The notes below the pieces were generated by a model. It searched no databases, was not told where the DNA came from, and saw only the letters and a list, made by a program, of their open reading frames with translations. A program made the position numbers and the translations under genes. Below, piece by piece: positions 12,060 through 22,884 of a stretch of DNA of 64,000 nucleotides (the stretch's first letter is position 1; each line of letters opens with the position of its first letter). Location: contig NC_052156.1 of assembly GCF_902713615.1 (NCBI RefSeq), positions 163,366,789 through 163,430,788 on the forward strand, given 5' to 3'. This DNA is from Scyliorhinus canicula. Taxonomy: Eukaryota.

Positions 12060-12665
12060 TTCAGAAACTGGACCAGCCATATAAATACAATATAGTGCTA
12101 CAAGAACAGCTCAGGCTAGGAATCCTTCAGCGAGTAGCTCACCTCCTGAATCCCCAAAGCCCGTCCACCATCTACAAGGAATACTCCCCACTTGCCTGGA
12201 TGAGTGCGGCTCCAACAACACTCAAGATGCTCGACACCATCCAGGACAAAGCAGCCCGCTTGATTGTTCATCCATAAACATTCACTCCCTCCATCACTGA
12301 CGTACTGTGGCAACAGTGTGTACCATCTACAAGATACACTAAATGATCTCACCAAAGCTCCTTACGCAGCACCTTCCAAACCCATGACCATTACCATCTA
12401 GAAGGACCAGAGCAGCAGACACATGGGAACCCCACCACCTGGAGGTTCCCCTCCAAGTCACTCACTACCCTGACTTCGAAATATATCGCCGTTCCTTCAC
12501 TGTCGCTGGGACAAAATCCTGGAACTCCCTTCCTAACAGCACTGTGGGTGTACCTACACCTCAGGGACAGCAGCGGTTCAAGAAGGCAGCTAACATTCTC
12601 GAGGGCAATTAGGGATGGGCAATAAATGCTGGACGCCCGCATCCCCTACAATGAATTAAAAAAAC
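12060..12665 (+). mobile_element. Degenerate non-LTR retrotransposon 3' fragment (CR1/L2 group)
   Basis: RT C-terminal-like peptide (LGILQRVAHLL..STIYK..EYSPLAW..LDTIQDKAARLI). The 3' end GGGCAATTAGGGATGGGCAATAAATGCTGG is followed by an A tail. Confidence 0.7.
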
Positions 12666-13558
12666 AAGAATATTAATTTTAATTCGCAGCACCCAGGCAA
12701 TACCGATCGCAGTATTTTTATCACGTTGAAGGAGGCCATTTGGCCCATGATGTCCGCACCGGCTCTCCAAATGAGCATTATGATTTAGCATAATTTTACA
12801 CCCATCTGAATGAACATATAGGGCCTCAGTTTAACATCCCATCTGAAGGACAGTGTCTTTAACAGTGGGGTGTTCCATCAGTACTGCACTGGGGTACCAA
12901 CCTTCAACTGCAGGCGTTCAAGCCCTGGAGTGGGTCTTGGATCCAGAACCTTGAAATCGGTCCGAGGTGCGAGTGCTACGAAACTGAGCCAGAGATGGCA
13001 GAGGACGTCACCTTCCCACTGTAGAACGTGTCTGATTGTTAGTCGATAGCAACAAGGTGAAAATTGGCAGGTTGTATAACAAGCGTGACATACTGCCAAT
13101 GGCATAGATTCGTGCAAAAGTTAAACTTTTGAGGCCAAATGTTTTTTACACGGGTAATGTATTTGAGATGTTGACATGTAGGCTTGACTTAGGTTTATAA
13201 AAATGGCTGTCCCAATGAAACAAAATAAAATGCTTCAGAAAATCATGTTAATTATCATTCCTAATTTGATTACTTTAATAATTTGAATAAGAAAATACAA
13301 ATTTTAAACATCGGAACATTTTAAACATTTACTTACCAGTATACATTATCATTATAATTTATACATTTACAATGAAATTAAATCATTACCGTCTCCAGGA
13401 TTACACTTTCGTTCTGAAACTTTTGAACTTTGAGCCCGTGGAAACTAGGATTGACTTTTACACAAGGTGAATGAAAAATTACATATATCTCAGTAAATGC
13501 TGTACGGGTAACTGCCACCTAACTTTATCTGCTGGAAAATAGTTTGTCTTCTGTTTAG

Positions 13559-13680
13559 GACCATCATTCTGAATAACCCAAAGAAGCGGAATGCTCTATC
13601 ACTGACCATGTTAGAATCTCTGCGTACTGACCTCCTCCATGAAGCAGAGAGCAATGACCTCCGAGTTATCGTGATTTCAG
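13559..13680 (+). CDS. ECHDC3: ECHDC3 coding exon 2
   Basis: Acceptor TTCTGTTTAG|G. Encodes TIILNNPKKRNALSLTMLESLRTDLLHEAESNDLRVIVIS. Donor CAG|GTAATT; 122 nt. Confidence 0.95.
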
Positions 13681-14000
13681 GTAATTCGAGGCTCGGTTTA
13701 AGATTTACTAAACAAGTTAATAACAACCAATTTAAGATAATCAGTCAAGCTCCTAATGTGGCACATTTACCCTTGCTAGAAGTGACTTACATTCATACCC
13801 AGGACCCGTATGCTGCAAGCAAAAGGAATATGCTCAAGCCTTGTATCTTCTTTGAATTACCTGGGGGTTTGGGGAGCCTATAGTTTCCTGTTGCTTTCTC
13901 CCTAGCAACATCTTGGCGAATCAGAGTCGGCATGCCAACCAATCACCACCCTTTTCTCATGCGGTACAAATTGTTGTAATTGTTTGACATTTGGCATCCT

Positions 14001-14366
14001 TGTTGTGTTGCTTATTTCAGGATGGTTGGCATAGTGTTCACAAAGACCAGAAAATTGCTTGAACTTAAACAAAGCTATAAATTTATTAAGACTACTAACT
14101 TGGATTTGACACGTACTCCTAAAGAATACACAGTTGATTAATAACATCTAAACTACACTCATCTACAGCTAATCTCACTACTGGTTTAAACTATGATCTG
14201 CTCTCACTTACACTCTCTGTACTTCAGACTCTCACAAGCTAACCCCTGCACACTCCCACAAGGCTCAGCATTGCTGTCTTATATAGTTGTAACTGTAGCT
14301 CCCTCTAGTGGCTACTGTCGACACTTCATTAACCCTTGCAGTACTGACGGTTATGGTAATACCACA
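14001..14366 (-). mobile_element. Solo LTR (Gypsy-like) in ECHDC3 intron 2
   Basis: TG...CA ends, with TATATAA and AATAAA in the correct order on the minus strand. Homologous to 47551-47925. Confidence 0.6.
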
Positions 14367-15185
14367 CTTGTGTTTGTTCAGGTGAGTGCAAGGTGAAAAG
14401 CTTCGGCAACACGTCTCTCTTTTCAGTAATATTCAGTTCTGTATTACCAAGTTTAATAAGGCCCAACAGATCGACTTAGATCTCAGGTCAAGCCCATGGG
14501 GTAAGGTGTGCAACCTGGCCAGGGAAACCAGAATGAAGCCAAATTCAATAGCTGCCTTTAGCCGCATTAGATGGTTCGTCCCATCCACCGCAACGACCAA
14601 GGTGCAGTGATTAGCCCCAAGTGGGAAATCAGCGGGTGCTTCTGCTCCGGGTTTCTTCTGCTCAGCTGTGTGGATTGGGTGGGACTGCTGGGTCTTACGG
14701 AGCTCCCAGCCAGTCATTCTGAGCGAGGGGCGGGCATGTCACCTCCAGCCCATTCGCGTTGCTCAGAGCATTAAATGGCTGCTCGGAATCCCAGGGATGC
14801 ATTCCCAGCAACCTATCCATAGGTCTGACTCCAGAAAGGTTCTGTCCCATGTCGCTGGATCACTCCCCAGTTAAATAGTCATAATGCGACTGAGCCTGTT
14901 TGGGTTCCGCTGAGGAAGGATGAGCTTGATGGGCTGAATGGTCTCCCTCACCGTTACATATCTGTGGGAGACCTGGGAATAGGCTCTCTCTCTATCACTC
15001 TCTCTCTCTCTCTCGCTCTCCATGCCCTCTGCTCTAGGGTACAGGAAGGAGAAAACAATAAATTGGTGCTGAGCAAGAGAACGTGTTAATATGAGCGATC
15101 GCTAGAAATATTTTCATTTATACTAAATGCAATATTAGTGTCCTATTTCCATTTGAGGCTTATCCTGTGTGATTCATGTGGGCAG

Positions 15186-15283
15186 CTGAAGGGCCGGTAT
15201 TCTCATCTGGACATGATCTCAAGGAACTGACGTCTGCTCAAGGATGGGATCACCATGCCGAGGTCTTCGCAGTCTGCACTGAA
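15186..15283 (+). CDS. ECHDC3: ECHDC3 coding exon 3 (not in the ORF track)
   Basis: Encodes (A)EGPVFSSGHDLKELTSAQGWDHHAEVFAVCTE, including the crotonase FSSGHDL motif. Acceptor GGCAG|, donor GAA|GTAAGC; 98 nt; phases fit both neighbours. Confidence 0.95.
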
Positions 15284-15608
15284 GTAAGCTGATCAATTTA
15301 TAATTGATGTATTGAGTAACGACAGGAGCTTGCATTTATATAACGCCTCTACAGAACAAGGGCAGTGCAAAGACTATGCAACAAAAGTTTAACATGTATC
15401 ACAAAAGGAGATATTGAGGTGTGTTTAAAGAGCGTCTTCAAGAAGGAGGTGGAGAGGTTTAGAGAGGGAACTTTAGCACGCAATAGCATGGCCACCAATG
15501 GTGAAGCGAATGAAATTGGGTAAGTTAGTTTAGGTAAAGTAATATATAGAAGTGATGGACACAATGGCATAAAGTATGAGAATGAATATATTCATGGTTT
15601 ATTAGTCA

Positions 15609-15801
15609 GGGCGGGAATTCTCCATCTGTTGCGATTCACGTTTTCCATCGGCAGCACACCCCGCCCAGGGGTTTCCTGGCGGCGTGGCGTGGGTTTCAAT
15701 GGGAAATCCCATTGACAGGCAGCAGGAAGACAGAATCCCGCCACCAGCCAACGGCACGATGCCGAGGCACACACGGCTGGGGGGCCGGAGAATCTGACCC
15801 G
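15609..15801. mobile_element. Short MITE with GGGCGG(G)AATTCTCC-type TIRs
   Basis: Ends GGGCGGGAATTCTCC / GGAGAATCTGACCC. An inverted partial copy lies at 57335-57480. TIRs resemble those of 34487-35118. Confidence 0.6.
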
Positions 15802-15949
15802 AGATCTCGTCTGGCAATAAACAACATACAAGACATGACTCAACCTTTCATTGCCTTAACCATTGGCTTAGTGTTGTAAAGGAGTGAGAGGTTGAACCAT
15901 CAAGCGGAGCGGTACAGCGGACAGGATCAGGCTCAACCGTGCAGACGAG

Positions 15950-16480
15950 CATACCAATTAGGAACAGGATATGGCCATTCGGCCCCTCGATCCAGCCCCA
16001 CCGTTTGATAAGATCATGATCTGACTGGGGTCTCTACTTCCCTGTCTGCCTCCAAATCCTTTGACTCACTTGTCAGTCAAGAATCATTCTAATTCGGTCT
16101 TCAGGAGTTTCACAGACTAATGACCCTCTGAGAGAAAACATTCCTCCTCATTTCTGACTTGAATGGGAGATCCAGGGGCGGCACGGTGGCGCAGTGGTTA
16201 GCACTGCTGCCTGCGACGCTGAGGTCCCAGGTTCGATCCCGGCTCCAGGTCACTGTCCGTGTGGAATTTGCACATTCTCCCCGTGTCTGCGTGGGTGTCA
16301 CACCCACAACCCAAAGATGTGCAGGGTAGGTGGATTGGCCACGCTAAATTGCCCCTTAATTGGAAAAAAAGTAAAGCATTAAATGGGAGACCCCTCATTT
16401 TAAAACTGTGTCTCCCGGTTCCAGACAGTCTGACAAGAGGAAACCTCCCCTCAACGCCCACCTTGTCAATTCCCTCAGGG
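15950..16480 (-). mobile_element. Old CR1 3' fragment containing a type B SINE (16175-16370, +)
   Basis: SEMRRNVFSQRV-type CR1 C-terminus. The SINE is flanked by duplicated AATGGGAGA. Confidence 0.7.
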
Positions 16481-16889
16481 CCTTCTCTGTCTCAATAGGA
16501 CAGTGGGAGGGATTTTCCGCCCGTTCCTGCCGACGGGATCACCAATCCCGACGAAGGCGGGCCCTGTGACACATTCCTGGGCAGAGAAGGGTGCAAACAG
16601 TAGGAACGCCGCAATCGGCGGCGGGGGGGGGGGGGTTTGGAGAATTACCGGGGGGAGGGGGGGGAGGTTGGAAGGTTGCGGGGGGGGGGGGGGGGGGGGG
16701 TCCCCGCCATATGATTCCCGCGTGGTCAAATTACCTTGTGGCATTCTCGGTGTAGATGCCCAAGTGAAGAATGGTCACTTTGGAGCGATACTAGAGGGCA
16801 AGGGTGCTTGTGAAATAGGCAATAACCCTTCTGGCGACAAGTCATTCAGGATGGGAGAAAGTTGCTACAAAGGCTCAAGAAAGGGGTAA

Positions 16890-17620
16890 GGAGTTAAAGA
16901 ATAGGAAACAGAATGTTATTGAAACGGCGAGAGATTGAAGAACTCGGAGGTACAGAGGGATCGGGTGTCCTGATGCACGACTCTCAAAAAGTTAGTCTGC
17001 AGGTACAGCAAGTGGTCAGGAAGGAACGTTGGTGTTTATTGCAAGGGGAACGGAATATAAAAGCAGGGAAGTTTTACTAATGCTGTAACGGGCCTTAGTG
17101 AGTCCACATCCGGAGTACTGTGAGCAGTTTTGTTCTCCTTTGTTGAAAAAGGATATCATTGGGTTAGAAGCAGTTCAGGTAAGGTTCACTTGACTCATTC
17201 CTGGGTTGAAGGGCTTTTCTGATGAAGGTTGGATCTAAAACAATTTGTGGTTTGGAAAATGGGAGGTGATCTCATTGAAGCATGTAAAATCCTGAGGGAA
17301 CTCGAGAGGGTGGATTCCAGAAGGATATTTCCTCTTGCGGGGGAGACGAGAACTATGGGACACTGTTTAAGAATACAAGGTTCTTTTTTAATAGAGATGA
17401 GGAGAATTTTGTTCTCCCTTTCAGGGCCATTAACATGTGGAATGTTTTTCCCCAGAGGGCAGTGGCGGCTGGGTCCTTAAAGGCCTTTTGATTGTCAAGG
17501 GAGTCGAGGGTTGTTGTTGGGACGGAGAGGAAAGCAGAGTTGGTATTACATCCAGATCGGCCATGATCTTATCGAATGGTGGAGCAGGCTCAAAGGGCAA
17601 AATTGCCGATCCTGCTCCTA
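16890..17620 (+). mobile_element. Degenerate CR1 3' fragment
   Basis: Decayed RPHPEYC / GDLIEACKIL / MRRILFS motifs, collinear with the C-terminus of the CR1 ORF2 at 43702-46383. Confidence 0.8.
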
Positions 17621-17722
17621 CGTCCGACCTTCCTGTGTCCTATATGACCGTGAATAATCAGGAGCAGTCAAATGAAATGTCACCAGGTTAGCTCTGCCTC
17701 TCACACTTTTCATAACTTGTAG

Positions 17723-17923
17723 GTCATGACCCTGCTTCAGGATATACCGGTGCCAGTCATTGCGAAGGTTAACGGTTTGGCCACAGCTGCTGGCTGCCAG
17801 CTGGTTGCCAGTTGCGACGTTGCCGTGGTGTCGGACAAGTCAAAGTTTTCCACTCCAGGAGTCAACGTGGGACTCTTCTGTTCCACACCAGCTGTCGCAG
17901 TGGGGCGGTCTCTTCCTCGAAAG
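17723..17923 (+). CDS. ECHDC3: ECHDC3 coding exon 4
   Basis: Acceptor TTGTAG|. Encodes VMTLLQDIPVPVIAKVNGLATAAGCQLVASCD...GLFCSTPAVAVGRSLPRK. Donor AAG|GTACGT; 201 nt. Confidence 0.96.
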
Positions 17924-18000
17924 GTACGTCTCGGCATCATTTCAGCTGGGTTAAATTTCACCGCTATGTGTTTGTGCTGTTGTCGGCATATAATTTTCAT

Positions 18001-18408
18001 CTTTATTATTGTCACAAGTAGGCTTACATTAACACTGCAATGAAGTTACTGTGAAAAGCCCCTAGTTGCCACATTCCGGCGCCTGTTCGGGTACACAGAG
18101 GGTGGATTCAGAATGTCCAATTATACATCGATAAAAGAAAGCAGATTCTCTGCTCATTATCACATTGATGTTTGTAGAAGTCAAAATTAAAGCTTCCTAC
18201 AATCCCACAATCACTCTAAATTTGCTTCTTTTGCTAGTTCTTAGAGACCTAAGAAGCACGTCTTTGGGCTGGGGGAGGAAACGGGAGCACCCGGAGGAAA
18301 CCCACGCAGACACGGGGAGAACGTGCAGACTCCGCACAGACAGTGACCCAGCCGGGAATCGGACCTGGGACCCTGGCGCTGCGAAGCAACAGTGCTAACC
18401 ACTGTCGT
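18001..18408 (-). mobile_element. Type C V-SINE interrupted by a ~125-bp templated insertion (18123-18248)
   Basis: The SINE halves join at GAATGTCCAATT...CTAAGAAGCACG. The insert matches nearby intronic sequence. Confidence 0.8.
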
Positions 18409-19012
18409 GCATATTGCAAAAGCTAGAAGAGTGCTCTTATAGGCGTGCTCAGTGTTTTCAATCAAAATTAAAGCTTCCTTCAATCCCGCAAACACTCTAA
18501 ATGAAATGAAATGAAAAATAAAAATCGCTTATTGTCACGAGTAGGCTTCAGTGAAGTTACTGTGAAAAGCCCCTAGTCGCCACATTCCGGCACCTGTTCG
18601 GGGAGGCTAGTACGGGAATTGAACCCGCACTGCTGGCCTGCTTGGTCGGCTTTAAAAGCCAGCTATTTAGCCCAGTGTGCTAAACCAGCCCCTAAATCTA
18701 AATCTGCTTCTTTTGCACGTTCTTAGAGACCTATAACCAAGTCCACTTTAACGTTTTCAGAAAATAATTGGGCAGAATCACAGAACGTGCGCCCCATGAC
18801 CGGTAACAGTTTTAGAATTTTAAATATAATAAAAATATAATTGACCGCTACAAACATCAATGTGATAATGAGCAGAGAATCTGCTTTCTTTTATCGATGT
18901 TTATTGAGGGATACATATTGGTTGGTATATTGGGGTAACACCTCTGTCCTTCTCCAAAACAATGCCGTGGAAGGTTTTATGTCCGCCTCAGAGAGCACAC
19001 AGGCCCTCAGTT

Positions 19013-19845
19013 TATAATAATTATAATAATCTTTATTAGTGTCACAAGTAGAACATAGGGGCTGTTTAGCTCACAGGGCTAATCGCTGGCTTTGAAAGCA
19101 GACCAAGGCAGGCCAGCAGCACGGTTCGATTCCCGTAACAGCCTCCCCGAACAGGCGCCGGAATGTGGCGACTAGGGGCTTTTCACAGTAACTTCATTGA
19201 AGCCTACTCGTGACAATAAGCGATTTTCATTTCATTTCATTTCATAGAACATAGAACAGTACAGCACAGAACAGGCCCTTCGGCCCTCGATGTTGTGCCG
19301 AGCAATGATCACCCCACTTAAACCCACATACCCCTAACCCAACAATCCCCCCCATTAACCTTTTACACTACGGGCAATTTAACATGGCCAATCCACCTAA
19401 CCCGCACATCTTTGGACTGTGGGAGGAAACCGGAGCACCCGGAGGAAACCCACGCACACACGGGGAGGACGTGCAGACTCCACACAGACAGTGACCCAGC
19501 CGGGAATCGAACCTGGGACCCTGGAGCTGTGAAGCATTCATGCTAACCACCATGCTACCGTGAGGCCCCGTAGGCTCACATTAACACTGCAATGAAGTTC
19601 CTGTGAAAAGCCCCTAGTCCCCACACTCTGGCGCCAGCTCAGGTACACAGAGGGGGAATTCAGAATGTCCAATTCACCTAACAAGCACGTCTTTCTGGAC
19701 TTGTGGTAGGAAACCGGAGCACCCGGAGGAAACCCACGCAGACACGGGGAGAACGTGCAGACTCCGCACAGACAGTGGTCCAAGCCGGGAATCGAACCTG
19801 GGACCCTGGCGCTGTGAATCAACAGTGCTGACCACTGCGCTACCA
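19013..19845 (-). mobile_element. Triple-nested SINEs: type C (-) containing type A (-, ~19051-19568) containing family D (+, 19058-19244)
   Basis: The outer element is split at CACAAGTA|GGCTCACATT. The inner D copy is flanked by duplicated TAGAACATA. Confidence 0.8.
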
Positions 19846-20062
19846 TGAATGCCTCATCCAAAGCGTGGCACGTCCGACAGTGCAGCACTCCCTCAGTACT
19901 GCCCTGGAGTGTCAAACTTGATTTCTGGGCTCAAGCCCTGGAGTGGGACTTGAACCCACACATTCCGATTCAGGTTGATCTTTTCTTTCCCTCTGAGAAA
20001 TGATTTCCTGTTGTAGTCTTCCTGCCCCCGATCCTCCCCAATCCAAGAGAAAAATGATAAAA

Positions 20063-20412
20063 AGTACGGTAGCATTGTGGATAGCACAATCGCTTCACAG
20101 CTCCAGGGTCCCAGGTTCGATTCTGGCTTGGGTCACTGTCTGTGTGAAATCTGCACATCCTCCCCGTGTGCGTGGGTTCCCTCCGGGTGCTCCGGTTTCC
20201 TCCCACAGTCCAAAGATGTGCAGGTTAGGTGGATTGGCAATGATAAATTGCCCTTCATGTTCAAAATTGCCCTTAGTGTTGGGTGGGGTTGCTGGGTTAT
20301 GGTGATGGGGTGGAGGTGCTGACCTTGGGTAGGGTGCTCTTTCCAAGAGCCAGTGCAGACTCGATGGGCCAAATGGCCTCCTTCTGCACTGTAAATTCTA
20401 TGAAATTCTATG
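20063..20412 (+). mobile_element. HE1-like V-SINE, CR1-type tail A
   Basis: Ends GGGCCAAATGGCCTCCTTCTGCACTGTAAATTCTATGAAATTCTATG. Other type A copies: 24628-24945(-), 32165-32422(-), 39255-39590(+), 42370-42668(+), 50130-50305(-), 62020-62190(-). Confidence 0.85.
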
Positions 20413-20515
20413 AAATACTCCAGCTCTGTGTCAACGTAAAACAAAATCGGGGCGGAAACGTATCCCTTTGCTCAGTTTTCTTTTAATGCAAATACGGAAA
20501 CTCTATTCGCCACAG

Positions 20516-20848
20516 GTCACCTTAGAAATGCTGTTCACGGGAGAGCCAATTTCCGCTCACGACGCGCTGCTGCACGGGCTGGTCAGCAGAGTGGTGCCCG
20601 AGGACAAGCTGGACGAGGTGACCATGAAAATCGCCGGCAAGATATGCGAAACCAGCAGGTCCGTCATGGCGCTGGGAAAAGCCACATTTTACAAACAGAT
20701 GGCCCGAAACCGAAATGAGGCCTACCAAATCGCCGCCCAGGTCATGGTGGACAACCTAACACTGAAGGACGGCCAGGAAGGAATCCTCTCCTTTATCCAA
20801 AAGAGGAAACCTGTTTGGACACATTCCGCAGAGAAGGCAGATGAATAA
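20516..20848 (+). CDS. ECHDC3: ECHDC3 coding exon 5 (to stop codon)
   Basis: Acceptor CACAG|. Encodes VTLEMLFTGEPISAHDALLHGLVSRVVP...DGQEGILSFIQKRKPVWTHSAEKADE*. Total spliced CDS 948 nt = 315 aa. Confidence 0.96.
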   Translation, partial: VTLEMLFTGEPISAHDALLHGLVSRVVPEDKLDEVTMKIAGKICETSRSVMALGKATFYKQMARNRNEAYQIAAQVMVDNLTLKDGQEGILSFIQKRKPVWTHSAEKADE

Positions 20849-21025
20849 CCATCTCTGTCGTTTCGTTGTGTGCGGTGATTTGATGAGTGTTTCCAAAAAG
20901 AGAACGGGCATGAAACCTGCTTACCAACTCTGTAAATTTCCCAGCGTGAGCTGCAATCCACTTCGGGGAAGAATGATTTCTACCGACGTGAAATGAATTG
21001 CAGACAGAAAATAGACGTTATTGTA

Positions 21026-21031
21026 AATAAA
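21026..21031 (+). terminator. Probable ECHDC3 polyadenylation signal AATAAA
   Basis: First AATAAA, ~180 nt after the stop codon, followed by T-rich sequence. Confidence 0.6.
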
Positions 21032-21488
21032 AGAAAATTTAATTTGCGGTGGAATTTTATATTCAAACTGCAAAGTTTTTATTTTTAAACGATGAAACAC
21101 GACTTTGAATTATAAAGCGTTGCCGCACAGAAGGAAGCCATTCGGTCCATCAGATCAGTGCCCTGAGTCCCACGATTGCCAGGTTAATTTTTCCCTTTGC
21201 AAGTACTTATCCAATTCCAAGTATCCAAGTTATTATTCAATCTATTTGCCTCACCCTTTCAGACACCACATTCCAGATTAAGTCAACTCATGCTTAAAAA
21301 ACGTCTCCTTCTCTTGGGCCTGGTTGTTTTGCCAGTCACCACATATCTGTGTCATCTGGTTACTGGGCCTGCAGCCAGGGTTAGCTATCGGATTATTATT
21401 CTGCAAAGCAATGAAAGATGATTCTGAGTTTCCTGATAGCTCAGTGAGTTTCACCAGTGTGTATGTAGTAGCTCAGCTATGTGGATGG

Positions 21489-22001
21489 GGGGCAGCACGG
21501 TGGCACAGTGGTTAACACTGTTGCCGCACGGCGTCGAGGACCCAGGCTCAATCCCGGCCCTGGGTCACTGTCCGTGTGGATTTTGCACATTCTCCCCATG
21601 TCTGCGTGGGTCTCACCCCCACAACCCAAAGATGTGCAGGGTAGGTGGATTGGCCACAATAAATTGCCCCTTAATGAGACAAAAAATAATTGGGTAATTC
21701 CATTTATTTTTAAAAAATTAAATGGATGTGGCTAATCCAGGTTTATTTTACATCGCCTTAGCTTGGGGGCTATTGGGCTTTTTAAAAATAAATTTAGAGT
21801 ACCCAATTAATTTTTTTCCAATTAAGGGGCAATTTAGCGTGGCCAATCCACCTACCCTGCACATCTCTTTGGGTTGTGGGGGTGAGACCCATGCAAACAC
21901 GGGGAGAAAGTGCACACGGACAGTGACCCGAGGCCGGAATCGAACCCGGGTCCTCGGCTCAGTGAGGCAGCAGTGCTAACCACTGTGCCACCATGACGCC
22001 C
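21489..22001. mobile_element. Inverted tail-to-tail pair of type B SINEs (21489-21722 +, 21779-22001 -)
   Basis: Same family in opposite orientation, ~55 bp apart. Confidence 0.85.
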
Positions 22002-22212
22002 AATACTCACACACCGCAGCAGATGTCTGTTTCCCTCAGCGAGTCGATTGAAAGTTTGCCAATTTGTTTACGTGGAACTTCACAATGTTGTAACACTGTC
22101 TGCTTCATTCTTGGGGCAAATATCCAGATCTGACTGGATTCGGATACTAATTTGGTGCAAATAAAATCTAGGTGAGCTGCTGTACAACTTCAACATGCTT
22201 TCTGTTGGTAAG

Positions 22213-22272
22213 TGGCAGAGCATGGTTTCGATCCATTGGCCTCTGGGTTACGGGCCCAAGCATGTTTCCGCT
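22213..22272 (-). pseudogene. Initiator tRNA-Met pseudogene, 5'-truncated, anticodon mutated CAT>CGT
   Basis: TGGCAGAGCATGGTTTCGATCCATTGGCCTCTGGGTTACGGGCCCAAGCATGTTTCCGCT aligns with the reverse complement of vertebrate tRNAiMet (diagnostic GATCGAAACC T-loop), with a few substitutions and one insertion. Confidence 0.85.
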
Positions 22273-22587
22273 TCTCTTTTTCACAGGGGGCCATTGATGA
22301 TGGTACAATAGTCTTCAATATTAGTGGGTTACACATCAACTGAGGTGTCTACCACTGATTGCTCACGAAGATACACTTTGTGAGAGTATGGGTGAGGCTG
22401 CGATCAGTCCTATCGTGACTCTCCCCTGCCCTACAGTCTGCCAACACTCACTGTCAACATTTCCAAATGCACAGTAGTCACTTGGGACCAGGCACGGGGT
22501 CTTTGGATGCATATCCCGGTATGGAACCAATTCCTTCAGTCAAGAACAGGAATATGTCCAACAAACAACTTCAAAGAAGGTTCTTTG

Positions 22588-22860
22588 CCTCTGATGAAGA
22601 GTTGGGAGGACTCGAAATGTCAAAACTGTTTCTCTCTCCACAGATACTGCCAAACGAAATGAAATTTGCTTATTGTCACAAGTAGGCTTCAAATGAAGTT
22701 AATGTGAAAAGCCCCTAGTCGCCACATTACGGCGCCTGTTTGGGGAGGCTGGTACAGGAATTGAACCGTGCTGCTGGCCTGCCTTGGTCTGCTTTCAAAG
22801 CCAGCTCTTTAGCCCTGTGCTAAACGAGCACCTGGGTTTTTCCGGTATTTTCTCTTTTTA
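22588..22860 (+). mobile_element. Penelope-like terminus (second family) with hammerhead core, split by a family D SINE
   Basis: CTGATGA-A-GAGTT..GACTC-GAAA-TG-TC followed by CTGTTTCTCTCTCCACAGATACTGCC. A related reverse copy lies at ~31812-31912. Confidence 0.55.
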
Positions 22861-22884
22861 CTTTGCTCGAGGATTCCTGGGAAG

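Noticed and set aside
16175-16250. SINE heads as tRNA genes
   Set aside because: They have A/B boxes but continue into SINE bodies and lack a complete cloverleaf.
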